64,000 bases of DNA. Origin: Vicinamibacterales bacterium. GTDB lineage: Bacteria; Acidobacteriota; Vicinamibacteria; Vicinamibacterales; UBA2999. Both the position numbers and the translations under genes were made by a program. The stretch is from positions 23,288 through 87,287 of the forward strand of contig JBFXBH010000002.1 in NCBI GenBank assembly GCA_050183355.1. Reading direction: 5' to 3'. The notes under the pieces are model-generated. The model searched no databases. It saw nothing but the letters and a program-made list of their open reading frames with translations, and was not told the origin of the DNA. Shown here in pieces: positions 57,579 to 64,000 of the stretch (positions are counted from its first letter, which is position 1; the number at the start of each line of letters is the position of its first letter).

Positions 57579-59815
57579 TCCCGATGGCCCGGCGCGCGGG
57601 GGCTGTCTGCCTGCTGACGGCGCTCGCCGCGAGTGTGCCGGCGCCCTCCCTCGCGCAGGAGGTCGACCCGCCGGTGCCGGTCGCGCCGGCCGTCATCAAC
57701 CGGGACGCGGCGGGCCGCGCGACGATCCGGGCGGTCCGCGTCTCCGCGCCGATCAGGATCGACGGCACGCTCGACGAGGACGTCTATCGCACCACGGAGG
57801 CGATCTCGGGCTTCATCCAGGTCGAACCGAATGTCGGCGCGGTCGAGACCGAGAAGACCGAGTTGTGGGTGTTCTTCGATGACACCAACCTCTACGTGTC
57901 GTTCCGTTGCTGGGACAGCCACCCCGAGCGGCAGGTGGCGAACGAGATGCGGCGCGACTCGAACCAACTCGTCCAGAACGAGCACGTCTCGTTCGTGCTC
58001 GACACGTTCCACGACAAGCGGAACATGTTCGCGTTCAACATCGGGATCCTCGGCGGCCGCATGGACGGCCAGATGACGAACGAGACGCAGTTCAACATGG
58101 ACTTCAACCCGATCTGGCGTGTGGCGACCGGGCGCAGTGGCGAGGGGTGGACCGGCGAGGCCGCCGTCCCGTTCAAGTCGCTGCGGTTCAAGCCGGGATC
58201 GCCACAGGTCTGGGGGTTCAATGCCAGGCGGACGGTGCGCTGGAAGAACGAGTCGTCCCACATCGTGCCGATGCCGGCGCGGGGCCTGAATGCGCTGGCG
58301 ATCACGTCGCTGGCGCCGAACCTCGTGCTCGACGTGCCCGAGACCTCGCGGCTGGTCGAGGTGAAGCCCTACGCCGTCGGCGGTGTGGCGACGGACCTCA
58401 CCGCGCTCCCGCCGACCCGGAACGACGCGACGGCGGACTGGGGCATCGACGTCAAGTACGGCCTCACGCAGAATCTGACGTCGGACTTCACCTACAACAC
58501 GGACTTCGCGCAGGTCGAAGCGGACGAGCAGCAGGTCAACCTGACACGCTTCAGCCTGTTCTTCCCGGAGAAGCGCGAGTTCTTCCTGGAGAACTCGACC
58601 ACGTTCGCCTTCGGTGGCACGGCCAGCGGCAGCGGCGACACACCGCTGATGTTCTACAGCCGCCGTATCGGGCTCGCCGGCGCCCGGGAGGTGCCGCTGG
58701 TCGGCGGCGGACGGCTGACGGGCCGGGTGGGGTCGTTCGACGTGGGGGCCGTGTCGATCCGCGCGGACGCGGAGCCGCTGTCAGGCAGTCCGGCGACGAC
58801 GTTCTCCGTCGCGCGTCTCCGCCGTGACCTGCTCCGGCAGAGCAGCATCGGCTTCCTGGCTACGCACCGCACGACCGCCGGCGTGGGCCTCCCGCGGACC
58901 GCGTTCGGGTTCGACGGCGTGTTCAAGTTCTTCAAGAATCTCTACGCCAACACGTACTGGGCGAACACCCCGCGGCCGGACGGCGCGGACGGGACGACGA
59001 GCTACCGGGCGCAGGTGGACTATCCGGCGGACCGGTACGGGTTCCAGGCCGAGCACCTGCTCGTGGGCCGGCGCTTCGCGCCCGAAGTGGGGTTCGTCCG
59101 CCGGCCCGACATGCGCAAGTCGTACGTCTACGGCCGCTTCAGCCCGCGCACGGCGAAGCATCCGTGGATTCGCCGCTACGTGTTGGAGGGGTCCTCGTCC
59201 CGGATCGCCAATCACACCGGCCGCGTGGAATCCACGGCCACGATGGCCGCCTTTGCCATGGAACTGCACAACAGCGACCGGATCTCGGCGTCCGTGACGA
59301 ACAGCGGCGAGTTCCTGCCGCTGCCGTTCCGCATCGGGCCCGGTGTCACGCTGCCCGTCGGGCAGTACGACTTCCTCGGCGCACGGGCGGCGTACAGCTT
59401 CGGGGCGCAGCGGAAGATCTCGGGCAACGTCTCTCTCGAGCGCGGGGCGTTCTACAACGGCCACCGCACGGTGTTCGGCGTTTCGGGCAGCCGGGTCGAG
59501 GTGACGCCACGCCTGTCGCTGCAGCCGACGGCCTCCGTCAACGACGTGCAGCTCGCACAGGGCAGCTTCCGGGCGACGCTGGTCGGCTCGCGCATCACCT
59601 ACACCGTCACGCCGCTGATGTTCGTCAGCGCGCTGGTGCAGTACAACTCGTCCAACAATTCGTTCTCGACCAACACGCGCCTGCGGTGGGAGTACCTCCC
59701 CGGCAGCGAACTGTTCGTCGTGTTCAACGAGCAGCGCGACACGCTCGGCACGGGCGCGCCGGATCTCGTCGGCCGGAGCCTCGTGTTCAAGCTGAACCGG
59801 CTGCTCCGGTTCTGA
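57575..59815 (+). CDS. carbohydrate-binding family 9-like / DUF5916 domain-containing outer membrane protein
   Basis: Signal peptide. The N-terminal IDGTLDEDVY...WVFFDDTNLYVSFRC is CBM9/DOMON-like, followed by a long beta-rich C-terminal region ending in LLRF. The GTG overlaps the dapE stop; an ATG at 57584 is an alternative. Confidence 0.75.
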   Translation: MIPMARRAGAVCLLTALAASVPAPSLAQEVDPPVPVAPAVINRDAAGRATIRAVRVSAPIRIDGTLDEDVYRTTEAISGFIQVEPNVGAVETEKTELWVFFDDTNLYVSFRCWDSHPERQVANEMRRDSNQLVQNEHVSFVLDTFHDKRNMFAFNIGILGGRMDGQMTNETQFNMDFNPIWRVATGRSGEGWTGEAAVPFKSLRFKPGSPQVWGFNARRTVRWKNESSHIVPMPARGLNALAITSLAPNLVLDVPETSRLVEVKPYAVGGVATDLTALPPTRNDATADWGIDVKYGLTQNLTSDFTYNTDFAQVEADEQQVNLTRFSLFFPEKREFFLENSTTFAFGGTASGSGDTPLMFYSRRIGLAGAREVPLVGGGRLTGRVGSFDVGAVSIRADAEPLSGSPATTFSVARLRRDLLRQSSIGFLATHRTTAGVGLPRTAFGFDGVFKFFKNLYANTYWANTPRPDGADGTTSYRAQVDYPADRYGFQAEHLLVGRRFAPEVGFVRRPDMRKSYVYGRFSPRTAKHPWIRRYVLEGSSSRIANHTGRVESTATMAAFAMELHNSDRISASVTNSGEFLPLPFRIGPGVTLPVGQYDFLGARAAYSFGAQRKISGNVSLERGAFYNGHRTVFGVSGSRVEVTPRLSLQPTASVNDVQLAQGSFRATLVGSRITYTVTPLMFVSALVQYNSSNNSFSTNTRLRWEYLPGSELFVVFNEQRDTLGTGAPDLVGRSLVFKLNRLLRF

Positions 59816-59848
59816 CGGCCGGGGAGCCCGGCCGGGACGCCGGGCCTG

Positions 59849-60253
59849 CTACGGCGCGGCCGGCGCGGGCGCGGGCGCCGAGCCGGTCAGGGCTTCGCAC
59901 CCGCCCGGCGGGACCGGGTGCGCCCAGAATGTTTCGATTTCCCGGATGTGGTCCAGGCAGATCGCATCGCCCGCCTTCAGGCCTTCGCGCGAGAGCGTGA
60001 ACGCCATGTGGGGCCGGTCGGCCGTCGGCCAGTCCACGCGGACCAGCTCGACCTCCTGGAGTTCCTCATACGGCTGCACGGAGATGACCCGCCACGCCTT
60101 GTGCGGGGGCAGCGTCACGTGGTCGACATGGAGCCGGCCGTCCTGAGGATGGGGCTGCGGCTGGGCCTGGCAGCCGGCCAGCCCGGCAGCCGCAACCACG
60201 ATGGCGAGGGCCAGCGCCCCTCGCGATGCCCGTGCCGTGACACGCATCTCCAT
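59849..60253 (-). CDS. hypothetical lipoprotein
   Basis: Lipobox LAGC after a signal peptide (MEMRVTARASRGALALAIVVAAAGLAGC). Small and Pro-rich at both ends. Confidence 0.55.
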   Translation of the reverse strand: MEMRVTARASRGALALAIVVAAAGLAGCQAQPQPHPQDGRLHVDHVTLPPHKAWRVISVQPYEELQEVELVRVDWPTADRPHMAFTLSREGLKAGDAICLDHIREIETFWAHPVPPGGCEALTGSAPAPAPAAP

Positions 60254-60318
60254 GAAGTCCTCCCTGCGCATCCTACTCCCGGTCGCGCGCGGCCGGCAGG
60301 GCGGCGCGCCTGTCCGCT

Positions 60319-61623
60319 CTACGCACTGCGCCGTGACGGCACCGTCCGCGACGCCTTCGCCGCGGCGCGGCCCCAGAGGCCGATCGAGAACCCGGTTTCC
60401 GGCGGCATCTGCACGAGCACGTAATCACCTTTCGGGCCTTCGATGATCGGCTCGCCGCCGAGCGCGGCCAGGCTCGCCGTCACCTCCGCGAGCCGATCCC
60501 CGACGTTGAAGTCGAGCGTGTAGACGCCGCTGCCGCCGGCGGCCAGAAACCGCCGCAACGGGCTCTCGCCGGACGGCTCGCAGTACTGCACGGCGACATT
60601 GGGCTGTTCGCAGGTGGCGACATGGATGGCCGCCTCGCCGCCTGCGCGCGCGGACGGCATGAACGGCGGCGTGTAGTGGCGCACGCGCGGGGCGGGGCCG
60701 CCGAAGATGCCCTGGTAGGTGGCGAGCGTCCGGTGGAGGTCGTGGACGAGGACACCCAGGTGCGTCACATGGAAGAACGGGCTGGACCGCGGCACTTCGA
60801 CGACCGGCCACGAGTTGGCGGGGATGCCGGCGCGGTCGGCGACCGAGATGTTGACGCCGAGGTCGCTCAGGAAGTCGAAGGCCGCATAGGTGCCGTGTCC
60901 CCACACCACGCCGTCCGCCCGCTGCGCCAGCCAGCGCGACCGCGGCTCCGCCGAGTGGCCGACATAGTAGGAGAAGTGGTGGACACCCGCCGGCCGCCGC
61001 CGCGTGTACTCGGCAAACGGGCCCAGGCCGTCGGTGCTGGCCACCAGCTCGAGCACGAGGTTCTCGAACCGCCATGCGCAGACCTGGAGCCCGTACCGCA
61101 CGCCTTCGCGCATGATCTCGGTCGTGCTGACGCCGGGGACGGGCGTCCCGAGCACGCCGGCGAGCAGGCGCCGGGTGTGTTCCATCGTGGCGGTCGCGAG
61201 GGCGAGGTGGACGCGCGGGTGCCCCCAGACGAACGCGCCGGGTTCATCGGCAGGCTCCGCCGCGGCACCGGTCGTTCCGAGGGCGGCGGGCGGTGCCGAG
61301 GCGGGCGCCGGTGGCCTGGCGCCGGTGGCCTCGGTCCAGGCTTCCAGTGCCTTGAGGTGCGCGTGCAGCGCGTGACCCGCGACCGTCAGCCGATACCGCG
61401 GATGGCCCGTCTGACCGGGCCAGGCCCCCCGCGCCACGATGCCGTCGGCCTCCAGATCCCGCAGGACGCGCGTCAGCATTTTCGGCGTGACGTGACAATC
61501 GGCCAGCAGATCGCTGAAGCGGGCGTCGCGACGGGCCAGCAGGTCGATCACCGCGGCCGTCCACTTGTTGCCCAGCCCGTCGAGGAGCCGCCGGAGTGGA
61601 CCGCTGACGGCCAGGGGAGGCAT
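60319..61623 (-). CDS. HxlR-type winged-helix regulator fused to tandem VOC (glyoxalase/bleomycin-resistance/dioxygenase) domains
   Basis: The N-terminal 100 aa or so are HxlR-like (LGNKWTAAVIDLL...FSDLL...PKMLTRVLRDLEADGIV...RYRLT). An Ala/Pro linker follows, then two VOC-like modules of about 150 aa each. 434 aa in a single frame. Confidence 0.7.
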   Translation of the reverse strand: MPPLAVSGPLRRLLDGLGNKWTAAVIDLLARRDARFSDLLADCHVTPKMLTRVLRDLEADGIVARGAWPGQTGHPRYRLTVAGHALHAHLKALEAWTEATGARPPAPASAPPAALGTTGAAAEPADEPGAFVWGHPRVHLALATATMEHTRRLLAGVLGTPVPGVSTTEIMREGVRYGLQVCAWRFENLVLELVASTDGLGPFAEYTRRRPAGVHHFSYYVGHSAEPRSRWLAQRADGVVWGHGTYAAFDFLSDLGVNISVADRAGIPANSWPVVEVPRSSPFFHVTHLGVLVHDLHRTLATYQGIFGGPAPRVRHYTPPFMPSARAGGEAAIHVATCEQPNVAVQYCEPSGESPLRRFLAAGGSGVYTLDFNVGDRLAEVTASLAALGGEPIIEGPKGDYVLVQMPPETGFSIGLWGRAAAKASRTVPSRRSA

Positions 61624-61670
61624 CAGGCAGGAAATCTTAGAACAGGAGCTTTCATAAGTGAAACAGGTTG

Positions 61671-61680
61671 TGACATGTCA
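61671..61680. promoter_or_regulatory. perfect 10-bp palindrome TGACATGTCA (candidate operator)
   Basis: Located 48-57 nt upstream of the HxlR-VOC start and 100 nt upstream of the divergent receptor gene. It is AT-richer than its surroundings. Confidence 0.3.
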
Positions 61681-61779
61681 GAGCCGTGGGCATAATCCGC
61701 CCCGCCTTGCCGGCAGGTGCCGGGAAGGGGGCCACGTCCTCCGGACGGGCCACTTGCGGTTATCAGGGGAGGAAGAGCT

Positions 61780-64000
61780 ATGGGCATCGGCACGCGTCGC
61801 GCCGCTGGGCTGTTCGCGGCGGTCTTCGTTCTGCTGGGCGGGGTGTCACACGCCCTCGCGCAGGGGTCCACCGGTTCCATCGCCGGCAACGCCAGGGACA
61901 CATCCGGCGGCGTGCTGCCGGGGGTGACGGTTGAGGCGGCCAGTCCCGCCCTCATCGAGAAGGTCCGCACGGCGGTCACCGACGAGCAGGGCAACTACAA
62001 GCTGACGGAACTGCGGCCCGGCACCTACACCGTCACGTTCACGCTTGGGGGCTTCGCCGTCTACAAGCGCGAAGGCATCGAGATCAGCGCCGGGTTCACC
62101 GCGCCGGTCAATGCCGAGATGAAGGTCGGGTCGCTGGAAGAGACGGTGACGGTGACCGGGGCGGCCCCGATCGTCGACGTCCAGAGCACCCGCACGCAGT
62201 CGGTCCTCAAGGCCGAGACGCTGGACGCGCTGCCGTCCTCGCAGCGGGATACGGTGGCCCTGGCGTCGCTGACGCTCGGCGCGATGCCGTCCAGCCCGGG
62301 CCGCAACGACGTCGGCGGCGACCGCGGCGAGCGCAGCACCGGCATCTCGATTCACGGCACGCGCGGCGACGACGGCCGCCTCAACTACGAGGGCATGAAC
62401 ACGAACGTCTTCTACGGCGGCGGTGGCGGGCAGCAGCGCACCTACAAGTTCAACACGGTCATGGTGGCCGAGTCGGTGGTCGACACCGGCGGCAACTCGG
62501 CCGAGACGGAGACGGGCGGCGGCAACGTCAACATGGTGCCGAAGGAGGGCGGCAACAGCTTCAGCTTCTACGGCAACGCCAACTACACGAGCGCCGGCCT
62601 CGCCTCCGGCAAAGTGCCGGACGCGCTGATCGCGCGCGGCAGCACGGCCGACCAGAACAGCATGAAGCAGGTGTGGGACTACGGCCTCGGCGCGGGCGGT
62701 CCGGTGGTCCAGGACAAGTTGTGGTTCTACACCGGACACCGGATCTGGGGCAGCCAGAGCTACGTGGCCGACAACTACTTCAACAAGTCGACGAACTTCT
62801 ACTCGTACGTGCCCGATCTCGACCGGCCGTCGTTCGTCGACATCTGGACGCGCGACTTCGGCGGACGCCTGACGTGGCAGATCAACTCGAAGCAGAAGCT
62901 CTCGATGGAGCACCACTACCAGCAGTCGTGCGGCTGCTGGGAGGGCCTGGGCGCGACCTCCGCGCCGGAATCAACGCCGGCCTTCGTCTACACGCCGCAC
63001 TACTTCAACCAGTGGACGTGGACCTACCCGCGCACGAACCGGCTGCTGATGCAGGCGGGTGCGTCGCTGATGCGTGCGCAGGTGCAGTTCACCAGCAAGG
63101 GCTTCGCCGACGTGCCCGGCCGCCTGACGGTCACGGACTTCAACCTGCCCGGCCGAGGCTTCTACACGTGGGGTGGCGTGGCGCAGCAGTTCTTCCCGAT
63201 CATCTTCGATGACGGCGACCCGCAGCGGCAGGACAACTTCAACTGGCGCTTCGCCTCGTCGTACATCACCGGCACGCATGCGCTGAAGTTCGGCACGCAG
63301 GGCCTGCGCGGCACGTTCAACACGCGCGGCCACGCGAAGAACGGCGCGGGCGAGGAGATCGGCTACTCGCTGAACCTGTTCAGCGGCTTCCCGATCCAGG
63401 TCACGCAGTATGCGTCGCCGTTCATGGCCGACGGCCGCATCAACAGCCAGGCGCTCTACGCGTCGGACCAGTGGACGCTGAAGAAGCTGACGCTGAACAT
63501 GGGCGTGCGCTACGATCACTTCAACGCCGGGACGCTGCCGATCGACGTGCCGGCCGGACCGTTCATCTCGGCGCGCAGCTATCCGGCCGTAAAGGACATT
63601 CCGAACTATCACGACGTGACCTATCGCGTGGGCGCGGCGTATGACGTGTTCGGCAACGGCAAGACGGCCATCCGTGCGTCATGGGGCCGGTATCTCGTCG
63701 GCCTCGGCGGGCAGCAGTTGATGTCGCTCGCGCCGTCCAACTCGATCATCGCGACGACGACGCGGCCGTGGTTCGACGCGAACCAGAACTACGTGCCGGA
63801 CTGCACGCTGACCAACTTCGGCGCCAACGGCGAGTGCGGCCCGATCGCGAACCCCGGCTTCGGCGTGCCATTCACAGCCTTCACGTGGGATGACAACGCG
63901 CGGAAGGGCTGGGGCGTGCGCGAGTACAGCAACCAGTGGTCCGTCTCGTTCCAGCAGGAAGTGGCGTCGGGCTTCGGCATCGCCGCTGGCTTCTACCACA
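61780..64000 (+). CDS. TonB-dependent receptor with carboxypeptidase-regulatory-like domain (5' part, runs off the window)
   Basis: [13 protein letters not shown] before ATG 61780. Signal peptide, then GSIAGNARDTSGGVLPGVTVEA...TDEQGNYKLTELRPGTY. Collinear with the 2197-5352 paralog. Open to the window end. Confidence 0.9.
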   Translation, partial: MGIGTRRAAGLFAAVFVLLGGVSHALAQGSTGSIAGNARDTSGGVLPGVTVEAASPALIEKVRTAVTDEQGNYKLTELRPGTYTVTFTLGGFAVYKREGIEISAGFTAPVNAEMKVGSLEETVTVTGAAPIVDVQSTRTQSVLKAETLDALPSSQRDTVALASLTLGAMPSSPGRNDVGGDRGERSTGISIHGTRGDDGRLNYEGMNTNVFYGGGGGQQRTYKFNTVMVAESVVDTGGNSAETETGGGNVNMVPKEGGNSFSFYGNANYTSAGLASGKVPDALIARGSTADQNSMKQVWDYGLGAGGPVVQDKLWFYTGHRIWGSQSYVADNYFNKSTNFYSYVPDLDRPSFVDIWTRDFGGRLTWQINSKQKLSMEHHYQQSCGCWEGLGATSAPESTPAFVYTPHYFNQWTWTYPRTNRLLMQAGASLMRAQVQFTSKGFADVPGRLTVTDFNLPGRGFYTWGGVAQQFFPIIFDDGDPQRQDNFNWRFASSYITGTHALKFGTQGLRGTFNTRGHAKNGAGEEIGYSLNLFSGFPIQVTQYASPFMADGRINSQALYASDQWTLKKLTLNMGVRYDHFNAGTLPIDVPAGPFISARSYPAVKDIPNYHDVTYRVGAAYDVFGNGKTAIRASWGRYLVGLGGQQLMSLAPSNSIIATTTRPWFDANQNYVPDCTLTNFGANGECGPIANPGFGVPFTAFTWDDNARKGWGVREYSNQWSVSFQQEVASGFGIAAGFYH

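Noticed and set aside
61690-61779. Possible cobalamin (or other) riboswitch upstream of the TonB-dependent receptor (GCCACTTG, GGGAAGGGG strings)
   Set aside because: The region is too short, at about 90 nt versus about 200 nt for a cobalamin riboswitch. The B12-box is absent and the order of the partial matches is wrong. An Rfam/Infernal scan would settle it.

Overview
High-GC (about 70% by eye) chromosomal window whose gene content looks Acidobacteria-like: giant CarboxypepD_reg-type TonB-dependent receptors, DUF1552, DUF3179 (taxonomy is inference). I support about 60 CDSs. I found no rRNA, tRNA, CRISPR array, transposase or integrase. Left part, in order: DUF1552/cytochrome c, a TonB-dependent receptor, an orphan radical SAM gene, a SET-domain/SpoIID operon, msrPQ, and a YbhGFSR-like ABC exporter with TolC. 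The centre (about 18.7-48.5 kb) is a dense metal/metalloid and thiol-stress cluster. It holds a CusA/CzcA-type RND pump with a fused C-terminal periplasmic domain, a textbook merR-merTPA operon, thioredoxin-fold genes with a Crp-family regulator, and a 7-gene arsM-arsS arsenosugar-type operon. It also holds two AhpD/CMD paralogs, ytxJ, DUF3179, and a bufferin-type RiPP cluster (DUF2282-DUF692-DUF2063-DoxX) facing an ECF sigma / soluble ZAS anti-sigma / peroxiredoxin operon. Right part: mscL, a rubrerythrin/CCG Fe-S/DUF3501 triad, a B12-radical SAM gene, dapC-dapD-dapE, a CBM9/DUF5916 protein, an HxlR-VOC fusion regulator and a second receptor paralog. The most interesting signals are regulatory and read directly from the DNA. 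(1) Four intergenic copies of GTAAC-N17-CACTCA all point into downstream genes: the sigma operon, the bufferin operon, a small ORF plus orphan histidine kinase, and a Met-rich membrane protein. This suggests an ECF regulon. (2) Three perfect TGTGA-N6-TCACA palindromes sit in divergent promoter regions of redox/arsenic genes, one of them upstream of the Crp-family gene itself. (3) A roughly 200-bp nested imperfect palindrome lies downstream of mscL. Many long antisense ORFs in the six-frame track are high-GC artefacts.
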